64,000 nucleotides of DNA from Bugula neritina (lineage: Eukaryota; Animalia; Bryozoa): positions 372,001 through 436,000 of the forward strand of contig CAXIUT010000183.1 in NCBI GenBank assembly GCA_964035545.1. Direction: 5' to 3'. How positions within the stretch are numbered: position 1 is the stretch's first letter; each line of letters begins with the position of its first letter. The notes under the pieces are model-generated. The model had not been told where the DNA came from and did not search any database. It saw only the letters and a list, made by a program, of their open reading frames with translations. Below are positions 11,401 through 27,500 of this stretch, in pieces. Position numbers and translations under genes: made by a program.

Positions 11401-14400
11401 ACTGCAACATATTGAAATACACTGCAACACATTGAAATATACTGCAACATACCTAAATATCCGGTAATATACTGAGATATACTGTAACACATTGAAAAAT
11501 ACTGCAACATACTGAAATACACTGCAACCCACTGAAATACATCGCAAAAGACTACAACATACTGAAATACACTGTAACATATTGAAATACACTGCAACAC
11601 ATTGAAATATACTGCAACCTATAGAAATATATGGTAAACTACTGAAATATACTGTAACACATTGAAAAATACTGCAACATACTGAAACATACTGCGACAC
11701 ATTGCAATATACTGTAACATACTGAAACATGCTGTAGCACACTGAAATAGACTGCAGCTCACTGAAATATACTGCAACATACTGAAATTCACTGCAGCAT
11801 CCTACAACATGCTGAAATACACTGTAACATATTGAAATACACTGCAACACATTGAAATATACTGCAACATACCGCAATATATGGTAAACTACTGAAATAT
11901 ACTGTAACACATTGAAAAATACTGCATCATACTGAAATATACTGCGACATAATGCAATATTCTGTAACATACTGAGATATGCTGTAGCACACTGAAATAC
12001 ACTACAACTCACTGAAACATACTGCAACATACTGAAATACACTGTAACATCCTACAACATACTGAAATACACAGTAACATATTGAAATACACTGCAACAC
12101 ATTGAAATATACTGCAACATACCTAAATATACGGTAATATACTGAAATATACTGTAACACATTGAAAAATACTGCAAGATACTGAAATATACTGTGACAC
12201 ATTGCAATATACTGTAACATACTGAAATATGCTCAAGCACACTGAAACACACTGCACCTCACTGAAACATACTGCAACATACTGAAATACACTGCAACAT
12301 CCTACAACATACTGAAATACACTGCAACATATTGAAAGACACTGCAAGACAATGAAATATACTGCAACATACTGAAATATACTGTAACACACTGAAATAT
12401 ACTGCAACATACTGAAATACACTGCTACATACTGAAATATACTGCAACATACTGCAACATACTGAAATACACTGTAACATACTGAAATACACTGCAACAA
12501 ACTACAACATATTGAAATACACTGCAACACATTGAAATATACTGCAACATACCTAAATATACGGTAATATAGCGGAAAAAAACTGTAACAGATTGACAAA
12601 TTCTGCAACATACTGAAATATACTGCGACACATTGCAATATACTGTAACATACTGAAACATGCTCTAGCACACTGAAATACACTGCAACCCACTGAAATA
12701 TACTGCAACATACGGAAATACACTGCAACACATTGAAATAGACTGCAACATACCAAAATAAATGGTAAACTACTGAAATATACTTAAACACATTGAAAAA
12801 TACTGCAACATACTGAAATATACTGTAACACACTGAAATATACTGCAACATACTGAAATACACTGTAACATATTGAAATACACTGCAACAAACTACAACA
12901 TATTGAAATACACTGCAACGCATTGAAAGACACTGCAACACATTGAAATATACTGCAATATACCAATATATATGGTAAACTGCTGAAATATACTTTAACA
13001 CATTGAAAAATACTGCAACATACTGAAATATACTGTAACACACTGAAATATACTGCAACATACTGCAACAATCTGAAATACACTGTAACATACTGAAATA
13101 CACTGCAACAAACTACAACATATTGAAATACACTGCAACACATTGAAATATACTGCAACATACCTAAATATACGGTAATATACCGAAAAAAAACTGTAAC
13201 AGATTGAAAAATTCTGCAACATACTGAAATAAACTGCAACACACTGAAATACACCGCAAAATACTACAACATGCTGAAATACACTGTAACATATTGAAAT
13301 ACACTGCAACACTTTGAAATATACTGCAACATACCGAAATATATGTTAAACTACTAAAATATACTGTAACACTTTGAAAAACAGTGCAACATACTGAAAT
13401 ATACTGCGACACTTTGCAATGTACTGTAACATACTGAAATATGCTGTAGCACACTGAAATACACTGCAACTCACTGAAATATACTGCAACATATTGAAAT
13501 ACACTGCAACATCCTACAACATGCTAAAATACACGGTAACATATTGAAATACAGTACAACACGTTGAAATATACTGCAACATACCGGAATATATGGTAAA
13601 GTACTGAAATATACTGTAACACACTGAAAAATACTGCAACATACTGAAATATACTGCGACACGTTGCAATATACTGCAACATACCAAAATATATGGTAAA
13701 CTACTGAAATATACTTTAACACATTGAAAAATACTGCAACATACTGAAATATACTGTAGCACACTGAAATATACTGCAACATACTGAAATACACTGTAAC
13801 ATACTGAAATAAACTGCAACATACCAAAATATATGGTAAACTACTGAAATATACTTTAACACATTGAAAAATCCTGCAACATACTAAAATATACTGCGAC
13901 ACATTGCAATATACTGTAACATACTGAAATATGCTCGAGCACACTGAAATACACTGCAACTCACTGAAATATACTGCAACATACTGAAATACACTGCAAC
14001 ACATTGAAATATACTGCAACCTACAGAAATAGGTGGTAAACTACTGAAATATACTGTAACACATTGAAAAATACTGCAACATACTGAAATATACTGCGAC
14101 ACATTGTAATATACTGTAACATACTGAAACATACTGTAGCACACTGAAATAGACTGCAGCTCACTGAAATATACTGCATTATACTGAAATTCACTGCAGC
14201 ATCCTACAACATGCTGAAATACACTGTAACATATTGAAATACACTGCAACAAAATCAACATATTGAAATACACTGCAACGCATTGAAAGACACTGCAACA
14301 CATTGAAATATACTGCAATATACCAATATATATGGTAAACTGCTGAAATATACTTTAACACATTGAAAAATACTGCAACATACTGAAATATACTGTAACA

Positions 14401-17400
14401 CACTGAAATATACTGCAACATACTGAAATACACTGCTAGATACTGAAATATACTGCAACATACTGCAACAATCTGAAATACACTGTAACATACTGAAATA
14501 CACTGCAACAAACTACAACATATTGAAATACACTGCAACACATTGAAATCTACCGCAACATACCTAAATATACGGTAATATACCGAAAAAAAAACTGTAA
14601 CAGATTGAAATATTCTGCAACATACTCAAATAAACTGCAACACACTGAAATACACCGCAAAATACTACAACATACTGAAATACACTGTAACATATTGAAA
14701 TACACTGCAACACTTTGAAATATACTGCAACATACCGAAATATATGTTAAACTACTAAAATATACTGTAACACTTTGAAAAACAGTGCAACATACTGAAA
14801 TATACTGCGACATTTTGCAATGTACTGTAACATACTGAAATATGCTGTAGCACACTGAAATACACTGCAACTCACTGAAATATACTGCAACATACTGAAA
14901 TACACTGCAACATCCTACAACATGCTAAAATACACTGTAACATATTGAAATACAGTACAACACATTGAAATATACTGCAACATACCGGAATATATGGTAA
15001 AGTACTGAAATATACTGTAACACACTGAAAAATACTGCAACATACTGAAATATACTGCGACACATTGCAATATACTGCAACATACCAAAATATATGGTAA
15101 ACTACTGAAATATACTTTAACACATTGAAAAATACTGCAACATACTGAAATATACTGTAACACACTGAAATATACTGCAACATACTGAAATACACTGTAA
15201 CATACTGAAATAAACTGCAACATACCAAAATATATGGTAAACTACTGAAATATACTTTAACACATTGAAAAATCCTGCAACATACTAAAATATACTGTAA
15301 CACACTGCAAGATCCTGCAACATACCGAAATACACTGTAACATAGTGAAACACACTGCAACATACTGCATTATACTGACATACACTGGAACATATTGAAT
15401 TACACTGCAACATCCTACAACATGCTGAAATACGCTGTAACATATTGAAATACACTGCAACACATTGAAAAATACTGCAACATACCGAAATATATGGTAA
15501 ACTATTGAATTATACTGTAACACATTGAAAAATACTGAAACAAACTGAAATATACTCTGACACAATGCAAAATACTGTAACATACTGAAATATGCTGTAG
15601 CACACTGAAATACACTGCAACTCACTGAAATATACTGCAACATACTGAAAAACACTGTAACATATTGAGACATACTGCAACATACTGCAACATACTGAAA
15701 TACACTGTAACATACTGAAATACATTGCAAAATACTGCAACATATTGAAATACACTGCAACACATTGAAATATACTGCAACATACCTAAATATCCGGTAA
15801 TATACTGAGATATACTGTAACACATTGAAAAATACTGCAACATACTGAAATACACTGCAACCCACTGGAATACATCGCAAAAGACTACAACATACTGAAA
15901 TACACTGTAACATATTGAAATACACTGCAACACATTGAAATATACTGCAACCTATAGAAATATATGGTAAACTACTGGAATATACTGTAACACATTGAAA
16001 AATACTGCAACATACTGAAACATACTGCGACACATTGCAATATACTGTAACATACTGAAACATGCTGTAGCACACTGAAATAGACTGCAGCTCACTGAAA
16101 TATACTGCAACATACTGAAATTCACTGCAGCATCCTACAACATGCTGAAATACACTGTAACATATTGAAATACACTGCAACACATTGAAATATACTGCAA
16201 CATACCGCAATATATGGTAAACTACTGAAATATACTGTAACACATTGAAAAATGCTGCATCATACTGAAATAAACTGCGACATAATGCAATATTCTGTAA
16301 CATACTGAGATATGCTGTAGCACACTGAAATACACTACAACTCACTGAAACATACTGCAACATACTGAAATACACTGTAACATCCTACAACATACTGAAA
16401 TACACAGTAACATATTGAAATACACTGCAACACATTGAAATATACTGCAACATACCTAAATATACGGTAATATACTGAAATATACTGTAACACATTGAAA
16501 AATACTGCAAGATACTGAAATATACTGTGACACATTGCAATATACTGTAACATACTGAAATATGCTCAAGCACACTGAAACACACTGCACCTCACTGAAA
16601 CATACTGCAACATACTGAAATACACTGCAACATATTGAAAGACACTGCAAGACAATGAAATATACTGCAACATACTGAAATATACTGTAACACACTGAAA
16701 TATACTGCAACATACTGAAATACACTGCTACATACTGAAATATACTGCAACATACTGCAACATACTGAAATACACTGTAACATACTGAAATACACTGCAA
16801 CAAACTACAACATATTGAAATACACTGCAACACATTGAAATATACTGCAACATACCTAAATATACGGTAATATAGCGGAAAAAAACTGTAACAGATTGAC
16901 AAATTCTGCAACATACTGAAATATACTGCGACACATTGCAATATACTGTAACATACTGAAACATGCTCTAGCACACTGAAATACACTGCAACCCACTGAA
17001 ATATACTGCAACATACGGAAATACACTGCAACACATTGAAATAGACTGCAACATACCAAAATAAATGGTAAACTACTGAAATATACTTTAACACATTGAA
17101 AAATACTGCAACATACTGAAATATACTGTAACACACTGAAATATACTGCAACATACTGAAATACACTGTAACATATTGAAATACACTGCAACAAACTACA
17201 ACATATTGAAATACACTGCAACGCATTGAAAGACACTGCAACACACTGAAATAAACTGCAATATACCAATATATATGGTAAACTGCTGAAATATACTTTA
17301 ACACATTGAAAAATACTGCAACATACTGAAATATACTGTAACACACTGAAATATACTGCAACATACTGCAACAATCTGAAATACACTGTAACATACTGAA

Positions 17401-20400
17401 ATACACTGCAACAAACTACAACATATTGAAATACACTGCAACACATTGAAATATACTGCAACATACCTAAATATACGGTAATATACCGAAAAAAAACTGT
17501 AACAGATTGAAAAATTCTGCAACATACTGAAATAAACTGCAACACACTGAAATACACCGCAAAATACTACAACATGCTGAAATACACTGTAACATATTGA
17601 AATACACTGCAACACTTTGAAATATACTGCAACATACCGAAATATATGTTAAACTACTAAAATATACTGTAACACTTTGAAAAACAGTGCAACATACTGA
17701 AATATACTGCGACACTTTGCAATGTACTGTAACATACTGAAATATGCTGTAGCACACTGAAATACACTGCAACTCACTGAAATATACTGCAACATATTGA
17801 AATACACTGCAACATCCTACAACATGCTAAAATACACGGTAACATATTGAAATACAGTACAACACGTTGAAATATACTGCAACATACCGGAATGTATGGT
17901 AAAGTACTGAAATATACTGTAACACACTGAAAAATACTGCAACATACTGAAATATACTGCGACACATTGCAATATACTGCAACATACCAAAATATATGGT
18001 AAACTACTGAAATATACTTTAACACATTGAAAAATACTGCAACATACTGAAATATACTGTAACACACTGAAATATACTGCAACATACTGAAATACACTGT
18101 AACATACTGAAATAAACTGCAACATACCAAAATATATGGTAAACTACTGAAATATACTTTAACACATTGAAAAATCCTGCAACATACTAAAATATACTGC
18201 GACACATTGCAATATACTGTAACATACTGAAATATGCTCTAGCACACTGAAATACACTGCAACTCACTGAAATATACTGCAACATACTGAAATACACTGC
18301 AACACATTGAAATATACTGCAACCTACAGAAATAGGTGGTAAACTACTGAAATATACTGTAACACATTGAAAAATACTGCAACATACTGAAATATACTGC
18401 GACACATTGTAATATACTGTAACATACTGAAACATACTGTAGCACACTGAAATAGACTGCAGCTCACTGAAATATACTGCATTATACTGAAATTCACTGC
18501 AGCATCCTACAACATGCTGAAATACACTGTAACATATTGAAATACACTGCAACAAACTACAACATATTGAAATACACTGCAACGCATTGAAAGACACTGC
18601 AACACATTGAAATATACTGCAATATACCAATATATATGGTAAACTGCTGAAATATACTTTAACACATTGAAAAATACTGCAACATACTGAAATATACTGT
18701 AACACACTGAAATATACTGCAACATACTGAAATACACTGCTAGATACTGAAATATACTGCAACATACTGCAACAATCTGAAATACACTGTAACATACTGA
18801 AATACACTGCAACAAACTACAACATATTGAAATACACTGCAACACATTGAAATATACCGCAACATACCTAAATATACGGTAATATACCGAAAAAAAAACT
18901 GTAACAGATTGAAATATTCTGCAACATACTCAAATAAACTGCAACACACTGAAATACACCGCAAAATACTACAACATACTGAAATACACTGTAACATATT
19001 GAAATACACTGCAACACTTTGAAATATACTGCAACATACCGAAATATATGTTAAACTACTAAAATATACTGTAACACTTTGAAAAACAGTGCAACATACT
19101 GAAATATACTGCGACATTTTGCAATGTACTGTAACATACTGAAATATGCTGTAGCACACTGAAATACACTGCAACTCACTGAAATATACTGCAACATACT
19201 GAAATACACTGTAACATATTGAAATACAGTACAACACATTGAAATATACTGCAACATACCGGAATATATGGTAAAGTACTGAAATATACTGTAACACACT
19301 GAAAAATACTGCAACATACTGAAATATACTGCGACACATTGCAATATACTGCAACATACCAAAATATATGGTAACCTACTGAAATATACTTTAACACATT
19401 GAAAAATACTGCAACATACTGAAATATACTGTAACACACTGAAATATACTGCAACATACTGAAATACACTGTAACATACTGAAATAAACTGCAACATACC
19501 AAAATATATGGTAAACTACTGAAATATACTTTAACACATTGAAAAATCCTGCATCATACTAAAATATACTGTAACACACTGCAAGATCCTGCAACATACC
19601 GAAATACACTGTAACATAGTGAAACACACTGCAACATACTGCATTATACTGACATACACTGGAACATATTGAAATACACTGCAACATCCTACAACATGCT
19701 GAAATACGCTGTAACATATTGAAATACACTGCAACACATTGAAAAATACTGCAACATACCGAAATATATGGTAAACTATTGAATTATACTGTAACACATT
19801 GAAAAATACTGAAACAAACTGAAATATACTCTGACACAATGCAAAATACTGTAACATACTGAAATATGCTGTAGCACACTGAAATACACTGCAACTCACT
19901 GAAATATACTGCAACATACTGAAAAACACTGTAACATATTGAGACATACTGCAACATACTGCAACATACTGAAATACACTGTAACATACTGAAATACATT
20001 GCAAAATACTGCAACATATTGAAATACACTGCAACACATTGAAATATACTGCAACATACCTAAATATCCGGTAATATACTGAGATATACTGTAACACATT
20101 GAAAAATACTGCAACATACTGAAATACACTGCAACCCACTGGAATACATCGCAAAAGACTACAACATACTGAAATACACTGTAACATATTGAAATACACT
20201 GCAACACATTGAAATATACTGCAACCTATAGAAATATATGGTAAACTACTGAAACATACTGTAACACATTGAAAAATACTGCAACATACTGAAACATACT
20301 GCGACACATTGCAATATACTGTAACATACTGAAACATGCTGTAGCACACTGAAATAGACTGCAGCTCACTGAAATATACTGCAACATACTGAAATTCACT

Positions 20401-21500
20401 GCAGCATCCTACAACATGCTGAAATACACTGTAACATATTGAAATACACTGCAACACATTGAAATATACTGCAACATACCGCAATATATGGTAAACTACT
20501 GAAATATACTGTAACACATTGAAAAATACTGCATCATACTGAAATAAACTGCGACATAATGCAATATTCTGTAACATACTGAGATATGCTGTAGCACACT
20601 GAAATACACTACAACTCACTGAAACATACTGCAACATACTGAAATACACTGTAACATCCTACAACATACTGAAATACACAGTAACATATTGAAATACACT
20701 GCAACACATTGAAATATACTGCAACATACCTAAATTTACGGTAATATACTGAAATATACTGTAACACATTGAAAAATACTGCAAGATACTGAAATATACT
20801 GTGACACATTGCAATATACTGTAACATACTGAAATATGCTCAAGCACACTGAAACACACTGCACCTCACTGAAACATACTGCAACATACTGAAATACACT
20901 GCAACATATTGAAAGACACTGCAAGACAATGAAATATACTGCAACATACTGAAATATACTGTAACACACTGAAATATACTGCAACATACTGAAATACACT
21001 GCTACATACTGAAACATACTGCAACATACTGCAACATACTGAAATACACTGTAACATACTGAAATACACTGCAACAAACTACAACATATTGAAATACACT
21101 GCAACACATTGAAATATACTGCAACATACCTAAATATACGGTAATATACTGAAATATACTGTAACACATTGAAAAATACTGCAAGATACTGAAATATACT
21201 GTGACACATTGCAATATACTGTAACATATTGAAATATGCTCAAGCACACTGAAACACACTGCACCTCACTGAAACATACTGCAACATACTGAAATACACT
21301 GCAACATCCTACAACATACTGAAATACACTGCAACATATTGAAAGACACTGCAAGACAATGAAATATACTGCAACATAGTGAAATATACTGTAACACACT
21401 GAAATATACTGCAACATACTGAAATACACTGCTACATACTGAAATATACTGCAACATACTGAAATACACTGCAACAAACTACAACATATTGAAATACACT
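8460..21500. repeat. Higher-order repeat domain 1, ~4.3-kb unit, about three copies
   Basis: Equivalent ORF-track landmarks at 10924/15257/19531 (offsets 4333 and 4274) and 8470/13164/17467 (offsets 4694, which includes a 360-bp duplication, and 4303). Confidence 0.85.
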
Positions 21501-24500
21501 GCAACACATTGAAATATACTGCAACATACCTAAATATACGGTAATATAGCGGAAAAAAACTGTAACAGATTTACAAATTCTGCAACATACTGAAATATAC
21601 TGCGACACATTGCAATGTACTGTAACATACTGAAACATGCTCTAGCACACTGAAATACACTGCAACCCACTGAAATATACTGCAACATACGGAAATACAC
21701 TGCAACACATTGAAATACACTGCAACATACCAAAATAAATGGTAAACTACTGAAATATAATTTAACACATTGAAAAATACTGCAACATACTGAAATATAC
21801 TGTAACACACTGAAATATACTGCAAAATACTGAAATACACTGTAACATATTGAAATACACTGCAACAAACTACAACATATTGAAATACACTGCAACGCAT
21901 TGAAAGACACTGCAACACATTGAAATATACTGCAATATACCAATATATATGGTAAACTGCTGAAATATACTTTAACACATTGAAAAATACTGCAACATAC
22001 TGAAATATACTGTAACACACTGAAATATACTGCAACATACTGCAACAATCTGAAATACACTGTAACATACTGAAATACACTGCAACAAACTACAACATAT
22101 TGAAATACACTGCAACACATTGAAATATACTGCAACATACCTAAATATACGGTAATATACCGAAAAAAAACTGTAACAGATTGAAAAATTCTGCAACATA
22201 CTGAAATAAACCGCAACACACTGAAATACATCGCAAAATACTACAACATGCTGAAATACACTGTAACATATTGAAATACACTGCAACACTTTGAAATATA
22301 CTGCAACATACCGAAATATATGTTAAACTACTAAAATATACTGTAACACTTTGAAAAACAGTGCAACATACTGAAATATACTGCGACACTTTGCAATGTA
22401 CTGTAACATACTGAAATATGCTGTAGCACACTGAAATACACTGCAACTCACTGAAATATACTGCAACATATTGAAATACACTGCAACATCCTACAACATG
22501 CTAAAATACACGGTAACATATTGAAATACAGTACAACACGTTGAAATATACTGCAACATACCGGAATATATGGTAAAGTACTGAAATATACTTTAACACA
22601 TTGAAAAATACTGCAACATACTGAAATATACTGTAACACACTGAAATATACTGCAACATACTGAAATACACTGTAACATACTGAAATAAACTGCAACATA
22701 CCAAAATATATGGTAAACTACTGAAATATACTTTAACACATTGAAAAATCCTGCAACATACTAAAATATACTGCGACACATTGCAATATACTGTAACATA
22801 CTGAAATATGCTCTAGCACACTGAAATACACTGCAACTCACTGAAATATACTGCAACATACTGAAATACACTGCAACACATTGAAATATACTGCAACCTA
22901 CAGAAATAGGTGGTAAACTACTGAAATATACTGTAACACATTGAAAAATACTGCAACATACTGAAATATACTGCGACACATTGTAATATACTGTAACATA
23001 CTGAAACATACTGTAGCACACTGAAATAGACTGCAGCTCACTGAAATATACTGCATTATACTGAAATTCACTGCAGCATCCTACAACATGCTGAAATACA
23101 CTGTAACATATTGAAATACACTGCAACAAACTACAACATATTGAAATACACTGCAACGCATTGAAAGACACTGCAACACATTGAAATATACTGCAACCTA
23201 TAGAAATATATGGTAAACTACTGAAACATACTGTAACACATTGAAAAATACTGCAACATACCTAAATATCCGGTAATATACTGAGATATACTGTAACACA
23301 TTGAAAAATACTGCAACATACTGAAATACACTGCAACCCACTGGAATACATCGCAAAAGACTACAACATACTGAAATACACTGTAACATATTGAAATACA
23401 CTGCAACACATTGAAATATACTGCAACCTATAGAAATATATGGTAAACTACTGAAACATACTGTAACACATTGAAAAATACTGCAACATACTGAAACATA
23501 CTGCGACACATTGCAATATACTGTAACATACTGAAACATGCTGTAGCACACTGAAATAGACTGCAGCTCACTGAAATATACTGCAACATACTGAAATTCA
23601 CTGCAGCATCCTACAACATGCTGAAATACACTGTAACATATTGAAATACACTGCAACACATTGAAATATACTGCAACATACCGCAATATATGGTAAACTA
23701 CTGAAATATACTGTAACACATTGAAAAATACTGCATCATACTGAAATAAACTGCGACATAATGCAATATTCTGTAACATACTGAGATATGCTGTAGCACA
23801 CTGAAATACACTACAACTCACTGAAACATACTGCAACATACTGAAATACACTGTAACATCCTACAACATACTGAAATACACAGTAACATATTGAAATACA
23901 CTGCAACACATTGAAATATACTGCAACATACCTAAATATACGGTAATATACTGAAATATACTGTAACACATTGAAAAATACTGCAAGATACTGAAATATA
24001 CTGTGACACATTGCAATATACTGTAACATATTGAAATATGCTCAAGCACACTGAAACACACTGCACCTCACTGAAACATACTGCAACATACTGAAATACA
24101 CTGCAACATCCTACAACATACTGAAATACACTGCAACATATTGAAAGACACTGCAAGACAATGAAATATACTGCAACATAGTGAAATATACTGTAACACA
24201 CTGAAATATACTGCAACATACTGAAATACACTGCTACATACTGAAATATACTGCAACATACTGCAACATACTGAAATACACTGTAACATACTGAAATACA
24301 CTGCAACAAACTACAACATATTGAAATACACTGCAACACATTGAAATATACTGCAACATACCTAAATATACGGTAATATAGCGGAAAAAAACTGTAACAG
24401 ATTTACAAATTCTGTAACATACTGAAATATACTGCGACACTTTGCAATGTACTGTAACATACTGAATTATGCTGTAGCACACTGAAATACACTGCAACTC

Positions 24501-27500
24501 ACTGAAATATACTGCAACATATTGAAATACACTGCAACATCCTACAACATGCTAAAATACACGGTAACATATTGAAATACAGTACAACACGTTGAAATAT
24601 ACTGCAACATACCGGAATATATGGTAAAGTACTGAAATATACTTTAACACATTGAAAAATACTGCAACATACTGAAATATACTGTAACACACTGAAATAT
24701 ACTGCAACATACTGAAATACACTGTAACATACTGAAATAAACTGCAACATACCAAAATATATGGTAAACTACTGAAATATACTTTAACACATTGAAAAAT
24801 CCTGCAACATACTAAAATATACTGCGACACATTGCAATATACTGTAACATACTGAAATATGCTCTAGCACACTGAAATACACTGCAACTCACTGAAATAT
24901 ACTGCAACATACTGAAATACACTGCAACACATTGAAATATACTGCAACCTACAGAAATAGGTGGTAAACTACTGAAATATACTGTAACACATTGAAAAAT
25001 ACTGCAACATACTGAAATATACTGCGACACATTGTAATATACTGTAACATACTGAAACATACTGTAGCACACTGAAATAGACTGCAGCTCACTGAAATAT
25101 ACTGCATTATACTGAAATTCACTGCAGCATCCTACAACATGCTGAAATACACTGTAACATATTGAAATACACTGCAACAAACTACAACATATTGAAATAC
25201 ACTGCAACGCATTGAAAGACACTGCAACACATTGAAATATACTGCAACCTATAGAAATATATGGTAAACTACTGAAACATACTGTAACACATTGAAAAAT
25301 ACTGCAACATACCTAAATATCCGGTAATATACTGAGATATACTGTAACACATTGAAAAATACTGCAACATACTGAAATACACTGCAACCCACTGGAATAC
25401 ATCGCAAAAGACTACAACATACTGAAATACACTGTAACATATTGAAATACACTGCAACACATTGAAATATACTGCAACCTATAGAAATATATGGTAAACT
25501 ACTGAAACATACTGTAACACATTGAAAAATACTGCAACATACTGAAACATACTGCGACACATTGCAATATACTGTAACATACTGAAACATGCTGTAGCAC
25601 ACTGAAATAGACTGCAGCTCACTGAAATATACTGCAACATACTGAAATTCACTGCAGCATCCTACAACATGCTGAAATACACTGTAACATATTGAAATAC
25701 ACTGCAACACATTGAAATATACTGCAACATACCGCAATATATGGTAAACTACTGAAATATACTGTAACACATTGAAAAATACTGCATCATACTGAAATAA
25801 ACTGCGACATAATGCAATATTCTGTAACATACTGAGATATGCTGTAGCACACTGAAATACACTACAACTCACTGAAACATACTGCAACATACTGAAATAC
25901 ACTGTAACATCCTACAACATACTGAAATACACAGTAACATATTGAAATACACTGCAACACATTGAAATATACTGCAACATACCTAAATATACGGTAATAT
26001 ACTGAAATATACTGTAACACATTGAAAAATACTGCAAGATACTGAAATATACTGTGACACATTGCAATATACTGTAACATATTGAAATATGCTCAAGCAC
26101 ACTGAAACACACTGCACCTCACTGAAACATACTGCAACATACTGAAATACACTGCAACATCCTACAACATACTGAAATACACTGCAACATATTGAAAGAC
26201 ACTGCAAGACAATGAAATATACTGCAACATAGTGAAATATACTGTAACACACTGAAATATACTGCAACATACTGAAATACACTGCTACATACTGAAATAT
26301 ACTGCAACATACTGCAACATACTGAAATACACTGTAACATACTGAAATACACTGCAACAAACTACAACATATTGAAATACACTGCAACACATTGAAATAT
26401 ACTGCAACATACCTAAATATACGGTAATATAGCGGAAAAAAACTGTAACAGATTTACAAATTCTGTAACATACTGAAATATACTGCGACACATTGCAATA
26501 TACTGTAACATACTGAAACATGCTCTAGCACACTGAAATACACTGCAACCCACTGAAATATACTGCAACATACGGAAATACACTGCAACACATTGAAATA
26601 CACTGCAACATACCAAAATAAATGGTAAACTACTGAAATATAATTTAACACATTGAAAAATACTGCAACATACTGAAATATACTGTAACACACTGAAATA
26701 TACTGCAAAATACTGAAATACACTGTAACATATTGAAATACACTGCAACAAACTACAACATATTGAAATACACTGCAACGCATTGAAAGACACTGCGACA
26801 CATTGAAATATACTGCAATATACCAATATATATGGTAAACTGCTGAAATATACTTTAACACATTGAAAAATACTGCAACATACTGAAATATACTGTAACA
26901 CACTGAAATATACTGCAACATACTGCAACAATCTGAAATACACTGTAACATACTGAAATACACTGCAACAAACTACAACATATTGAAATACACTGCAACA
27001 CATTGAAATATACTGCAACATACCTAAATATACGGTAATATACCGAAAAAAAACTGTAACAGATTGAAAAATTCTGCAACATACTGAAATAAACTGCAAC
27101 ACACTGAAATACATCGCAAAATACTACAACATGCTGAAATACACTGTAACATATTGAAATACACTGCAACACTTTGAAATATACTGCAACATACCGAAAT
27201 ATATGTTAAACTACTAAAATATACTGTAACACTTTGAAAAACAGTGCAACATACTGAAATATACTGCGACACTTTGCAATGTACTGTAACATACTGAAAT
27301 ATGCTGTAGCACACTGAAATACACTGCAACTCACTGAAATATACTGCAACATATTGAAATACACTGCAACATCCTACAACATGCTAAAATACACGGTAAC
27401 ATATTGAAATACAGTACAACACGTTGAAATATACTGCAACATACCGGAATATATGGTAAAGTACTGAAATATACTGTAACACACTGAAAAATACTGCAAC

